Origin: Aureliella sp. | GTDB taxonomy: Bacteria; Planctomycetota; Planctomycetia; Pirellulales; Pirellulaceae | Direction of reading: 5' to 3' | Length of the DNA stretch: 64,000 nt | Assembly: GCA_963691875.1 (NCBI GenBank) | Contig: OY829846.1 | Span: 1,056,001-1,120,000, forward strand | In this document: positions 52,011 through 62,800 of the stretch, in pieces | Layout: every line of letters starts with the position of its first letter | Numbering within the stretch: position 1 is the stretch's first letter | The notes under the pieces: model-generated | Told to the model about the DNA's origin: nothing | Database searches by the model: none | The model's input: only the letters and a program-made list of their open reading frames with translations | Program-made: the position numbers and the translations under genes

Positions 52011-52742
52011 ATGTTCGGGAGAATTCTGATAGTCGGATGCCTTTCGGCTACTTGCTTGTTGGTTGGCACTGACAATTCTAGACCGGGCACAAAGTCTCCC
52101 AAGCAGCTTGCTTCAGCTCCGTTGAATTTGGCTTCATCTAAAAAGCTGCCACTCGGAAACTCTAAAACTAGTTTGAGCCTCTCGGGTGCAGTTGCTTTAA
52201 ATCGCGATAATGATGCGACGGTTGAGGCAGCCCAACGTGAATCTAGCTTTGTCGCTCCCATTGCTTTACCCATAATCTCAAATAGAAACCAAGTGCGATC
52301 TCGCGCGACGAGTCATCCGCATGGCAAACAACTTTGCGCCTCCGGCTGTGCGGTGAGTCGTCATCCTACACAGCTGCTCACAAAAAAGAGGTTCCTAGAG
52401 CTCTGCAAACAATATCGGGCAGACGAGCCCAGAGTCGATAGTGAGAGCCTCGATAGCTTGATCTTCTATGGCTCCCAGACGGTACGGCATCTGAAGATGA
52501 ATCCTTCTGCTTTACCCAGGAAACACTTTGCCTTCCTGTCGCAGCAACTGGATTTATCACAGCTCATTGTAGAACTCAGAGTCATCGAGGAGGGCGGGCG
52601 AGTGCGAGTCTCCTTGCCCCCGACTAAGGTGCCGCAACATATTCGCCAAGAGTTCGCGATGGATGTTGAGGATTTGAACACTACGATTACGAGTGGAACA
52701 CTCAAACGCGTCGGATTGAACCATGTTTGGCAGCGGTTGTGA
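52011..52742 (+). CDS. Exported hypothetical protein with CASGC motif
   Basis: AAGGGG before the ATG at 52011, N-terminal hydrophobic segment, LCASGCAVSRHP and C-terminal SGTLKRVGLNHVWQRL. Confidence 0.7.
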   Translation: MFGRILIVGCLSATCLLVGTDNSRPGTKSPKQLASAPLNLASSKKLPLGNSKTSLSLSGAVALNRDNDATVEAAQRESSFVAPIALPIISNRNQVRSRATSHPHGKQLCASGCAVSRHPTQLLTKKRFLELCKQYRADEPRVDSESLDSLIFYGSQTVRHLKMNPSALPRKHFAFLSQQLDLSQLIVELRVIEEGGRVRVSLPPTKVPQHIRQEFAMDVEDLNTTITSGTLKRVGLNHVWQRL

Positions 52743-52955
52743 CTGGAAGGCGAGCACACTGTTGCAGGGCCGTGGTTCACGGTTCACCAAATCAACGACG
52801 ACTGGAAGACGCTGGGCTCAATTTGGCTCAGCGACGGCAACACTGCTGTTCCAGCTGAAGTGCAAGCGAAGGTCCGATTGGGCGAAACTCTACACGATAA
52901 GAAATTGACAGCTACACATGCGACTGCTCCGGACAAATCATAGGGGAGAGATGGA

Positions 52956-55900
52956 ATGTTAGGTAGTTTCAAAGGTTCTCAGCATCAAAAGCTCTGCTGC
53001 CTGATTTTGGCCGCGTCTCTATTGAGTAACGCACTGGCTGATCCCTGTGGCATGGTTCCCCCAATTTCCGTTCCACGGGATCAGCCTGGAATCAAACGCG
53101 AAGGTCTCCAGCAGACCTACGTGTTTTATAAGAATGGAATCGAGACCCTGGTTATCCATCCTGGCTTTAAAGGAACTGTCGACACTTTCGGGATGTTGAT
53201 CCCATTTCCGAGCCCGCCTTCGTTGCGAAAGGTCTCGGATTCCACCTTCGAACATCTGAAAAACATCATCGATCCACCGCGAGTAACAGTGGACCTGCGC
53301 CCTCCACACTTCAACTATGGATTCGGCATGGGGGGCAGCATGCTCAAGAAAGAAATGAGCGACTACGGCGGAGGAGCTTCTGCCGACGCAAGTATGGCGA
53401 TCCGTCGAGAAGAGACCCGTGTTTTGAAAGAAGAAGCTGTCGGGATGTATGACGTGGCTGTGCTCCAATCCGGCAGCAGCGAAGCCCTGCAAAAGTGGAT
53501 GAAGCAGAACGGCTACCGTTACCCAGAAGGTATGGACGAGGTCAGCGAAGATTACATCAAAGAGCGTTGGTGCTTCGTAGCTGTGCGTGCACGAGTCGGC
53601 CACAAGCAATTGGTAGATCCTAAACCGGGCCAGCGAGAGGTAGACGACTCCTTGCAGCCAGGAGCCAGCTTCGATGGTCACGTTCAGGCAATGGGCTTTC
53701 GCTTCCGCGTAGAAGCCCCCGTCGTGCCAATGCGACTTTCTACCTACAACGAAGGCGACTTGCGAAACATCGTCTACGTTCTTGCCGACAAACCAATGCG
53801 TTTCAGTAACTTAGGCCAGGAATTAGTCATGCGGCAAGTTTCAGGAAAGAGGCTCATCGCCAACCTGAAGTCACCTTTGCCACTTCTGGTCATCGGCGGC
53901 AAGTACTCCCAGCTCCCCCGCGTGCAATGCGACTTACTGAGGACTCAGCGAAGGGCTTCTACTATCATGCAGGCGGCAGAAGACTTGTTTCGCGGCGATC
54001 TCCGAGGTGCAATCAACGACCGACTTTCCAACCGAGAAGAAGAGCTAGAGAAACACCTCCTCACAATCAGTGAACGCTTGCAGCTTCGAGGCGAAGCAAT
54101 AGACAAGATGCATCGCGACGTTACCACCGACCAAGTAGCCGCGGAGTCCGATGCAATCCTAAAAGAAATGGAGAGCATGACTCTAACCGTAATCGACGGA
54201 GACTTCCCACTCGAAACGTTAGCCAACGAAAACTTAAAGCTAATAGGATACCGCCTGCCTGCACGATTCAATTCTCCCAAATTATACGATGCAAAGCTAC
54301 ATGGTCCGCCACCCGTTGATCCGCCTGAGAGCAAGCTGTACACACGTTCGCTCTCTGAGCTTCAGACGCTGGAACGAGTCAACGAAATAGAGTTTCTTTG
54401 CGGAGTACCTAACCAGACTCCCAACTCTTCGCGTTTCGGATCGGGCGTTTCTGCCATTCCAACCCTGGTCTGGCAAGGAATAGTCGTCGGCGGCGGTGTA
54501 ATTGTTCTTGGATTCTCCAGCAAGCTACGCAAGCTCTTTCTAGCTGGCATTGTGATTCTCTGCTTGACCCTTCCTGCCGCAGCCCAGACCGAAGAACAAA
54601 ATAATTTCCGATATAAGAAGAACAATCGTCCGCAGCAGACGCTCGTACTTATCGATCAGCTCGGCAATGGTGACGAAGCATCTGGAGCAGCGGACGAGCT
54701 CATCGCCGCAGGAAAGGTAAGCTTACGGTTTTTGACCAATCTGGTGCAACAAAGCGAATCGCGGGTCCAGAGAGGCTGGGCCATCGTTTGCATGGCTGAA
54801 TCGGAAGATCCAGAAGCAGATCGTTACTTGCGAGAACTGATGACTCAAGACTTGCCAGAGCTGGAAAAGACATGGGTGCAGAGTGCTCGAATCCAACGAG
54901 TTGAAGAGCTCGATGAACTCGTTGGGCTGTTTCACGAGTTTGGGGTCGATGAGGCACTGGCGCGCCCAATTCAAGTGAAGGTTTCCGAACTAGTTGCTGC
55001 GGACGGCAAGAACGACTTGGAACAGATTCTCACGCTTGCGTCTGGCGACGCAAGGTTACAGCAAGCTTTTGCGGCTAGAATCGCTGCAGCTACTCCGGTC
55101 CAATTGGCCAAAGTTGGCTTGACTGCGGAAGACGATGCGATTCGTCGTTTGGCCACTGGTTACCTGGCGAGCCTGGGTATGACTGACGATCCTGTGGCGA
55201 CGACGGTGATCACGCAGCTCAAGTATGATCCTACTGCAGAAGACTTTCCCTTTGCAGACGGAGCACTCTTTCTGCCAAGTCTGAATTGGACCCAGCTCGA
55301 GGCAAAGAAGTTATTTCTGAACCTGTCACTCTGGATGATGAAGGCCGAGAAAGAGAAGAACCCGCACGTCCGCCAGCAACTCGCAAATAACCTTCAAAGC
55401 CTTGTCTGGCGCCTTCCAAGAATTAGCCTGCAAGAAACCGCAGAACTATACGTAATGCAGCTCGCTGGTGATCTCTCGATGAAAGAACTGCTTGAACTAG
55501 CAGGCCAGATCGGACTATCAGTGCCCAACGAGGTTCGCGATTACGCAAAGAAGGGAGGCCAGTTTGAACAAGTCTACCATACTGCTCAAGAACCTTCATC
55601 CGACTCACAGGCTGGAAACCAAATTCACCTGAGACATGCCTTCAGACAAGATCTTGAAAACGACAAAAAGGATTCCGTGCGATTAGTACGTTTTGATGTT
55701 GGCGAAATGTCAGTTCATCCAACAGATAAGAAGAAGGTCTACAGGCTGAGTGATACAAAGCGACTTCGCGAGCTGGCAACGGTTGATGGCAAGTATTCAA
55801 AGTTGCTAATGGAGATCAATGCTCCGAATGATCTCAAAAGTTACACTCGCTTCTCCGACTACGGACACTATCCTGAGACGCAAAACTACCGAGGCCAAGC

Positions 55901-55970
55901 CAATATACCTGAAGGCCATTGGGTTTACGTCTATCCAGTCTGGTACATTTGGCAGAACAAAAACAGGTAG
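52956..55970 (+). CDS. DUF2330-domain protein fused to a helical-repeat region and an aromatic C-terminal domain
   Basis: Signal peptide ending ALA-DPCG; FGMLIPFPSPP, VGMYDVAVL, W..NGY, WCFVAV and PMRLS (DUF2330-like); two central hydrophobic segments; C-terminal GKYSKLL..DYGHY..GHWVYVYPVWYIW. Confidence 0.8.
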   Translation: MLGSFKGSQHQKLCCLILAASLLSNALADPCGMVPPISVPRDQPGIKREGLQQTYVFYKNGIETLVIHPGFKGTVDTFGMLIPFPSPPSLRKVSDSTFEHLKNIIDPPRVTVDLRPPHFNYGFGMGGSMLKKEMSDYGGGASADASMAIRREETRVLKEEAVGMYDVAVLQSGSSEALQKWMKQNGYRYPEGMDEVSEDYIKERWCFVAVRARVGHKQLVDPKPGQREVDDSLQPGASFDGHVQAMGFRFRVEAPVVPMRLSTYNEGDLRNIVYVLADKPMRFSNLGQELVMRQVSGKRLIANLKSPLPLLVIGGKYSQLPRVQCDLLRTQRRASTIMQAAEDLFRGDLRGAINDRLSNREEELEKHLLTISERLQLRGEAIDKMHRDVTTDQVAAESDAILKEMESMTLTVIDGDFPLETLANENLKLIGYRLPARFNSPKLYDAKLHGPPPVDPPESKLYTRSLSELQTLERVNEIEFLCGVPNQTPNSSRFGSGVSAIPTLVWQGIVVGGGVIVLGFSSKLRKLFLAGIVILCLTLPAAAQTEEQNNFRYKKNNRPQQTLVLIDQLGNGDEASGAADELIAAGKVSLRFLTNLVQQSESRVQRGWAIVCMAESEDPEADRYLRELMTQDLPELEKTWVQSARIQRVEELDELVGLFHEFGVDEALARPIQVKVSELVAADGKNDLEQILTLASGDARLQQAFAARIAAATPVQLAKVGLTAEDDAIRRLATGYLASLGMTDDPVATTVITQLKYDPTAEDFPFADGALFLPSLNWTQLEAKKLFLNLSLWMMKAEKEKNPHVRQQLANNLQSLVWRLPRISLQETAELYVMQLAGDLSMKELLELAGQIGLSVPNEVRDYAKKGGQFEQVYHTAQEPSSDSQAGNQIHLRHAFRQDLENDKKDSVRLVRFDVGEMSVHPTDKKKVYRLSDTKRLRELATVDGKYSKLLMEINAPNDLKSYTRFSDYGHYPETQNYRGQANIPEGHWVYVYPVWYIWQNKNR

Positions 55971-56608
55971 CGGAAAGTATTCGAATAGCCCAGACAATCA
56001 AATTCCGGAGGGATCCGGGCTTACAGTTCGCATTGTTCCCAGCCCCATCTGCTTACGAAGGGGCGAGCTATCAGGCTCGGGGAGGTTCTTCCCTCTTCCG
56101 AACTTCCACCACACGTAACGAGTCCATCTCCGTTTGAGCGTACGATTGGCAAAAGCCCTCGATGAACCATTCCGCATCAAATCCCCCAAAGGTGACTTTT
56201 GCACTGCAAGAGCACGAAGTTACTTCGTGTCTAAGCAGCCACATTGCAAATTGCAGCCATTCGAAGTCTCGACCAATTTGTGAGTTCCGGCGTGGAATGC
56301 TGGAACAATTCTTTGGACCAACGCTTGTCGCAGATCTTGCAGCGATGAACGTTTTCCCCGGACACGACTTTCTTGTCCTCGACCAGGAATCCATGGATGA
56401 GTTCGATATATTCTTAGGGTTTGAGCCCGGAATACGTGTGGCCATTGGCGTGAGTGACAAAGTCAAATCTTTGCACAACCCTGCCGAGTGCTCGAAACGC
56501 ACTCCCGGCTAGAAATCTCGAATCTGGGGGCTGAAGATCAAGCAAATTGCAACGAGTAATGCCAATGCTAAACGCGACCTCTGTCGAAGCACACGAAGCT
56601 TAGCCTGC

Positions 56609-59600
56609 CTAAGGAAGGAACTCTTTTGGAATGGGGATGTTCGCGGCAGTGGCAGCTGTCTTGGTCATCAGCACAATGCGTTTCTTGCCGGGACTGGCAG
56701 GATCGTCAGTGACAACCCAGATCAGTTTTTGATCGGGAGAGCTGAGTTCAGCACCTGGCGTCGTATTGCCCATAATGGCTACTTGGGTCAGGGCCGAACG
56801 CACCGATTTGTTCTCGTGTTTAAAATCTCGCAGTTGCTGGTTTCGTGTGATGCCTCCCGCCTCAAATGCGTCTCCGTCCAGCAGGAATCCGAGAGTCGGC
56901 GTTCCTTGAGGGAGACGGTCATTCGCCTCCTCGACAATCACCGCGAGAGCATTCTCAATTGGTTCTTGGTCAAAACTGACGTTGATCGGGCGAGCCAAGT
57001 ACTCCTCCATAGTCAGAGGTTTCGCAGCCGGTGTACTTCCAGTTGCGAGCTGTCCGCGAATAGTAGCTGCGTCTTGCAGCCCCGTCCACGATGCAATCAT
57101 CAGATTGGACGCAAACTTACTCGGCAGGTACATGTTGGATACAACAGCCCCATCCTCGATCTGATAACGTGTGTATTGCAAAGCCTTTCGGAGCTGCTGC
57201 GGAAAACGGAGCGCTAAGCCCATCCAATATGGATGTGGAGTCTCGCTGACAAACCATGACTCGACTTGCCCTGGCCAACCATTAAGTACCTGCTGCATGT
57301 TGGCCATGGTCCGTCCTGCCTCTTGATCGCTAGCTCCAACCAGCTGCAACTCAGTGTACCAAGACTCTTCGAAATGCATTTTCAGTGCAACCGCCCGAGT
57401 GTCGTTACCGATCTGCATCCTCAAGATCGATTCGAGCCGTGGAGGATATCGTGACAGAATAACCCGGCCATCTCCAAATAAGAATGCTGGCGTGAAAATG
57501 ACTGACAAATCGTAATTGCTGCTGCTAGAGTTCCACAGCTTCTCAACAGGTGCTAGCAACGGAGCTTCACCGCCCCCCATGCTTGCAGCTTCTTTGATCA
57601 GGTTGACTGGGCCAACACAGAAACTCTCAACCTCCGTAGTTTCCGCGAGCGGCTTCTCAAGCAAATAGGCGTTTGAACCATTGGTCAGGATCTCCTTTTC
57701 CTCAACTTTCTCAGTCTTCGGGTTCTGCCATACGTTTCGCAAATAAGTAAGCGGCTGAGCAGAAGAAAGTTCGACTCGATAGACTTGCTGAGGCATACCG
57801 CCATCGGCAACCGGAGCGTAGTATCCAATCAAGATCTGCTGTACATCGCTGGACTCAAGTCCAACCGCCTTGAGTGTGGCGTCAAGCGAGTCTTTGACAC
57901 CAGGTTCCAGACTAGCCAAGATTCCTTTCTTAATTCCATCAGCGAGCAAATCTCGCGGACGAATGGATAGAAAAGCTCCAGCGCCAGGCGGCAGCAAATT
58001 CAGCTTAAACTTTGCCGGTGCAACAGGCGGCACCCAAATGTTGGTTTCGGAGTCTTGCAGGTTGTAGAAGGACAACATTGGGTCCTTCTCAATCACCGTG
58101 ACGGAGCCACCATTCTCTGGCGGCACGTAGGTTCCACCTTTGGCCTGCTCTTCTTTTTTGCCGCCGCCTCCATCTAGGGCACCGGAGTAAGACAGAATTC
58201 CGAGCAGCAGCAAAACGAAACCAGCTCCACCGAAAACGGGCACCATCCATTTATTGGAGGGCTTGCGTTTCTTCTTACGGCGAGACTTGGGCGACTTCTT
58301 TTCGGCTTTAGGGTCGGCAATGCCTTCGGCCTTGGCGACTTTCTTGCGAGCCTGACTTGCATTGCTCGACGTTTCTATCTGCTGGGTTGTTTTTTCCAGC
58401 CTGTCGGACCCCAAGGCCACGACAGCAGCGGCTTCCGACTCAGGTCCACCTCCCTGCTCTACCTCCTCAGACGTTTTGACTGCCTTTTGTTTTTCGGACG
58501 CAGCAACCGACGAGTCTGCTCCCTTGGGCTGATCTGCCTGCTTGCTCGGATGAGCCTCCACCGGCGTAGCCTCAGATGTCCCTCGCTTCTTGCGTTTCGG
58601 TTTCTTGCTAGCCGGTGGGCGCATACCCTCAAGATTGGGATCGACTTTCGCTACCGGTTCCGGTGGAGCAGCTTCGATGGTCGGCAGCTCAGCCACTGGT
58701 TGTGGGGATGCTTTAGAAACAGGAGGCGCTGGAGCCGATGATTTTGAAGCAGGTGATTCTGACTGCCCCCTAGATTGCTTTGTTGGAGCAGCTTTCGCAT
58801 TCGATTCCTGCTTGGTCTTTGCTGATTGCCTCTGAGGAGGCTCTTGAGATTTCGGAGCATCGCCCGCTGGAGTCATTACTTCTGGAGCCAACACCTCGGC
58901 GGCTGCGTTCACTGCTTTCGACGCCGGCTTTGCCACCTTACCTTTGCTAACCACTTCTTGGGCCGCTTTGAAGGCCGCGACGAACTGCGAACCGGAATTG
59001 AAACGAGCAGACGCATTCGGCGCGAGACAATGCTGCCAAACTCGCCCTTGAGGTCCCATCGCCTCCAGAGTTACTTTCGCCGCAGCGAGACACGAAGCTT
59101 GGTTGCTGACAATTTCCTGAGTGTTCTTCCCGCTTGATAGCGGCTTGCCTTCACGCAACCACCACCAAGTGCATCCGAGAGCAAAAACGTCAGTTGTGCA
59201 AGTCGGCAACTGCCCAGGCGCGGCGAATTCAGGAGCGAGGAAATGGGCGACTTGCATCTTGGGTAAGTGGGAACCGAGCAGCCCCGTCGCTTTTTCGTCC
59301 AAAGTTGCAGTGAGTACTGAAACAGGATCGACGACCAACGTTGCCTTTTCGCCGTCCCAGTAGATTCGATCCGGGGTTACGCGTCCATGTACGATCCCGG
59401 ATTCATATAGGAATGCAAGAGCGATGCCAACTTGCATTGCAATCGTATCTGCGACCTCTGGTGAAGCAGGCTTTTTCGCGAAAGCCTCAGTGAGCAGTTG
59501 TCCTTCGACAGGATCAACCTGCAAGAAAAGATCTTGCTGTTTGCCTTCTTCTTTGGAATGCGGATGTTTGCCAAGCTCTGGAATATAAACACGCTGCAAA

Positions 59601-60019
59601 TGTTCACCGGGAGCATTCGCCAGCTGAATCCCACGCGTCAAAGCGGGTGCCGAAGGCTGTAGCTTCGAAACTTCCTCGGCCGACAGGTATTTCCCCCAAA
59701 CAGGTGCGGGCGATTCTGCCTTCGTCAGATCCAGTTTTTGCAGTTCAAGCCAATCAGCCCAGAGTGGGGCTTTCAGTCGACGAATGACATGCCAGGGGCC
59801 GAGTCTTAGCGGTGCTTCAAGCTGCCCTGCAAGCACCTTGGCTTGGTACTTAGATAACTTCCCGAGCTGGATCAGTTGCTGAAGAACTTGCAGCCCATCG
59901 GCTGCTTGATTGGGAGCCAGCGATTTTGCCACTTCTGCAGCCCAAGTACGGCATTGCATCGCACTGGCAATGCCTTCTGCCGAAATACGTTTCCAAAGAT
60001 CAATACTTGAGAGGGACAT
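56609..60019 (-). CDS. Membrane-anchored Ser/Thr-kinase-like protein (probable pseudokinase)
   Basis: LSKYQAK, GIVHGRVTPDRI, FLAPE and DVFALGCT; long Pro/Ala/Lys linker, one TM helix and a large C-terminal domain. Confidence 0.8.
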   Translation of the reverse strand: MSLSSIDLWKRISAEGIASAMQCRTWAAEVAKSLAPNQAADGLQVLQQLIQLGKLSKYQAKVLAGQLEAPLRLGPWHVIRRLKAPLWADWLELQKLDLTKAESPAPVWGKYLSAEEVSKLQPSAPALTRGIQLANAPGEHLQRVYIPELGKHPHSKEEGKQQDLFLQVDPVEGQLLTEAFAKKPASPEVADTIAMQVGIALAFLYESGIVHGRVTPDRIYWDGEKATLVVDPVSVLTATLDEKATGLLGSHLPKMQVAHFLAPEFAAPGQLPTCTTDVFALGCTWWWLREGKPLSSGKNTQEIVSNQASCLAAAKVTLEAMGPQGRVWQHCLAPNASARFNSGSQFVAAFKAAQEVVSKGKVAKPASKAVNAAAEVLAPEVMTPAGDAPKSQEPPQRQSAKTKQESNAKAAPTKQSRGQSESPASKSSAPAPPVSKASPQPVAELPTIEAAPPEPVAKVDPNLEGMRPPASKKPKRKKRGTSEATPVEAHPSKQADQPKGADSSVAASEKQKAVKTSEEVEQGGGPESEAAAVVALGSDRLEKTTQQIETSSNASQARKKVAKAEGIADPKAEKKSPKSRRKKKRKPSNKWMVPVFGGAGFVLLLLGILSYSGALDGGGGKKEEQAKGGTYVPPENGGSVTVIEKDPMLSFYNLQDSETNIWVPPVAPAKFKLNLLPPGAGAFLSIRPRDLLADGIKKGILASLEPGVKDSLDATLKAVGLESSDVQQILIGYYAPVADGGMPQQVYRVELSSAQPLTYLRNVWQNPKTEKVEEKEILTNGSNAYLLEKPLAETTEVESFCVGPVNLIKEAASMGGGEAPLLAPVEKLWNSSSSNYDLSVIFTPAFLFGDGRVILSRYPPRLESILRMQIGNDTRAVALKMHFEESWYTELQLVGASDQEAGRTMANMQQVLNGWPGQVESWFVSETPHPYWMGLALRFPQQLRKALQYTRYQIEDGAVVSNMYLPSKFASNLMIASWTGLQDAATIRGQLATGSTPAAKPLTMEEYLARPINVSFDQEPIENALAVIVEEANDRLPQGTPTLGFLLDGDAFEAGGITRNQQLRDFKHENKSVRSALTQVAIMGNTTPGAELSSPDQKLIWVVTDDPASPGKKRIVLMTKTAATAANIPIPKEFLP

Positions 60020-60735
60020 GTACGCTATGTTTTCAAGGTGGCAATCAGGAACCTTGGGCACGGCTCTGGCCGCCGAAAACACCCTTGGAAATGCTTCCTT
60101 CGACACCCTATTCTAGTTTATCTGCCTGCTAGAAATAAGCCCGCGAAGAGCGGCTACTGTACTCGTCCAAGACGCGAAGTTGGAAGAGAAACAACAATCC
60201 ATACGACCGTTTCTGCCTCCAGTAGCATTCGCCCATAGGACTTACAGTTAGCGGACTCACAGTTCTCAACAATCGCCTTGTTGTCGAGCTGCGCTTTGCC
60301 GCGGTTCGCAAAAGGGCTCAGGTATTTTGCGAGTCGGAGTTTTTGGCGTTCCCCCAAACAGTTTCAGAGAACCCGACATGCTAGTCGCAATCGGATCTGC
60401 CGAGTGTGGCTGTCAAAAGATTATTTGAGCTATGGCATCTTATAAATGAAGAGAAGGAACCAATTTCGGGTTCTGAGCGATAGACTCCCGACAACTCTCT
60501 AATGCACCGGTTGCTTCACATTTGCTGATTGTGGTGCTGGAATTCGAGGATTGGAATAGAAAGATCAGAGCAGATGAGTACACTTCCTAGCTGTCGCGGC
60601 GCTGAAGACAAAAAAACTCAGGCTCGGAGCCTTGGTAGCCTCTCCGAATCTGGCATTTCATCATCTGCCGCGCTCAAGACACCTTCTCACGCGACGCCCC
60701 AGCGATCTCCCTAATCAACACAAGGATCACCAACT

Positions 60736-61968
60736 GTGCGTGCTAGTCAGGCCACCGAGTATTTCTTTTCCAAGGCCGCCGACAAGATCGACCTTTCTCC
60801 CGAGCTTCGCAAGCTCTTGCTGACTTCCAAACGCGAAGTTGCCGTACAAGTTGCCTTCGAGAAAGACGACGGAACGATTGAGACTTGCTTGGGCTACCGC
60901 GTCCAACACGATGACGCGCGGGGACCAATGAAAGGTGGACTGCGTTATCACCCAGAGGTCGACATTGATGAAGTTCGTTCGCTCGCCAGTTTGATGACTT
61001 GGAAAACCGCCGTTGTAAATATTCCTTACGGTGGTGCGAAAGGCGGAGTGACGGTTGATCCTCGCGTGCTCTCGCAAAAAGAGCTCGAGCGACTCACTCG
61101 ATCCTTTATCGACGGTATTCACGACGTCATTGGGCCAGATACCGATATCCCGGCTCCCGACATGGGGACGTCTCACGAAGTCATGTCGTGGATTCGCAAC
61201 CAGTGGGAAAAATACCACGGTTTCAACCCAGCTGTCATCACTGGTAAGCCGGTGGAAGAATACGGCGCCAAAGGCCGTGAAGAGGCAACAGGACGAGGCG
61301 TCGGGATCATGGCGGTCAAAGCACTCAAGCGACTTGGCATTCGTCCGAAGGATTGCCGCACTGCGATCCAAGGTTTCGGTAATGTCGGCTCGCATGCTGC
61401 AAAATACATGTATGAATCGGAGTTTCCGATTGTTGCAATCAGTGACATTCACGGTTGCTTCTACAACCCAGAAGGGCTCGATATCCCAGCAGTCCTGAGG
61501 CACGTCCTTGAGATTGGTTCGTTGGAAGGCTATCAGGGCGCGGAGAAACTGGATGGAGACGATCTATTAACGCTCGACGTGGACCTGCTGATTCCGGCTG
61601 CATTAGGTGGCGTGATTCACGAAGGCAATGTCGACAATATCAAGGCCAAGCTGATCATAGAAGCTGCGAATGGTCCAACACTCCCTTCGGCGGATGAGAT
61701 TCTCGCCAAGAATGGTGTCGTGGTCCTACCCGATATTCTCGCCAACGCAGGCGGTGTGACGGTCAGTTACTTTGAATGGGTGCAGAATCGCCAGCACTAT
61801 CGCTGGAGCCTGGATCGTGTCCGTCAGGAACTCGACCGCACGCTGAGCGACGCCTTCGAGCAGGTATGGCAAGAGTCGGTAACCCGTAAGGTCGACCTGC
61901 GTACTGCCGCCTTTATCCTCGCCATCTCCCGCGTCCTCCGCGCCAGCGAACTCGCCGGCTGGACCTAG
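60736..61968 (+). CDS. gdhA: Glu/Leu/Phe/Val dehydrogenase (glutamate dehydrogenase)
   Basis: RGPMKGGLRYHP, GGAKGG, DIPAPD, GREEATGRG, QGFGNVG and NAGGVTVSYFEW. Confidence 0.93.
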   Translation: MRASQATEYFFSKAADKIDLSPELRKLLLTSKREVAVQVAFEKDDGTIETCLGYRVQHDDARGPMKGGLRYHPEVDIDEVRSLASLMTWKTAVVNIPYGGAKGGVTVDPRVLSQKELERLTRSFIDGIHDVIGPDTDIPAPDMGTSHEVMSWIRNQWEKYHGFNPAVITGKPVEEYGAKGREEATGRGVGIMAVKALKRLGIRPKDCRTAIQGFGNVGSHAAKYMYESEFPIVAISDIHGCFYNPEGLDIPAVLRHVLEIGSLEGYQGAEKLDGDDLLTLDVDLLIPAALGGVIHEGNVDNIKAKLIIEAANGPTLPSADEILAKNGVVVLPDILANAGGVTVSYFEWVQNRQHYRWSLDRVRQELDRTLSDAFEQVWQESVTRKVDLRTAAFILAISRVLRASELAGWT

Positions 61969-62018
61969 TACAGGCATGACGCGTCAGCGAGTGAATCTTG
62001 TCTTCAATGCCATTCGCT
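61969..62018 (+). repeat. REP-like element copy directly after the gdhA stop
   Basis: TACAGGCATGACGCGTCAGCGAGTGAATC matches the copy in uup at 22/29 positions. AGCGAGTG (61986-61993) can pair with CATTCGCT (62011-62018). Confidence 0.55.
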
Positions 62019-62253
62019 CTGGCCGGTAATTAACGGCTTTGGCTTTAGCAATCTGATCCCAAGGCCCGCGTCCACCTGTTTTGCTCATTAGCGAATATCA
62101 GTTCAGTGTCGATTTGTGGTCAACAGGCTAGCGATCCGAGCGGCTACAGCCTGGACTCCAGCAAAAAAGACTCGGAAGCGACAAGCTACCGAGCCTTATG
62201 AAATATTATTGATTCGTTCCCTGCAATTACCCTGGAGGCCTGATGGCGACGTT

Positions 62254-62520
62254 CTAGGCGGAAGCGGAAACGAGCAAATGACTCATTCTGCTCTTTAGGC
62301 GAGCCGCCTTGTTTTTGTGGATCAAGCCCTTAGAAGCTGCCTTGTCCAACAGCTTAGCCGTCACCTTCGACAAATCCTTGGCTTCGTCCAGCTTTTTGTC
62401 TTCAACAGCCTTGCGGAAGGCGGTCAATGAGTGACGGAAACGAGTTTTCTGAGCTCGGTTGCGATCGCGGCGTACAACACTCTGACGAAGGCGTTTCTTG
62501 GCTCCTGCTGTGTTTGGCAT
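62254..62520 (-). CDS. rpsT: 30S ribosomal protein S20
   Basis: MPNTAGAKKRLRQ..RNR..LDKAASKGLIHKNKAARLKSR. Confidence 0.97.
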   Translation of the reverse strand: MPNTAGAKKRLRQSVVRRDRNRAQKTRFRHSLTAFRKAVEDKKLDEAKDLSKVTAKLLDKAASKGLIHKNKAARLKSRMSHLLVSASA

Positions 62521-62800
62521 GAATACTTTCTCTAGACTTTCAATGCGGTTTGATTCTGGACGTAACGTGGTAAGGTTACGACTCGCGATTGATCACAACG
62601 TCCGTGTGTGGTTCGCGTGCAACGTCGAGTCACTGACATCAACGATGACTTGGCTTTTCGGGGTCAGAAAACGATCGCACCAAGATGCGCCCTGACCGAT
62701 AAAGCTGCTTTCACCCCGCGACCGAGGTGACTCTCATCAGACGGGGTATCATGATGCCCTAATCATCGGAATCTGTCTAGCCAAAAATCCCTTCCTTCCC

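Noticed and set aside
55998..56512. Overlapping short ORFs between the DUF2330 gene and the pseudokinase
   Set aside because: No frame gives a convincing protein. It may be a decayed gene, but this cannot be supported.
60727..61503. 258-aa ORF antisense to gdhA
   Set aside because: Fully overlaps a clear gdhA. Long antisense frames are common opposite such genes.
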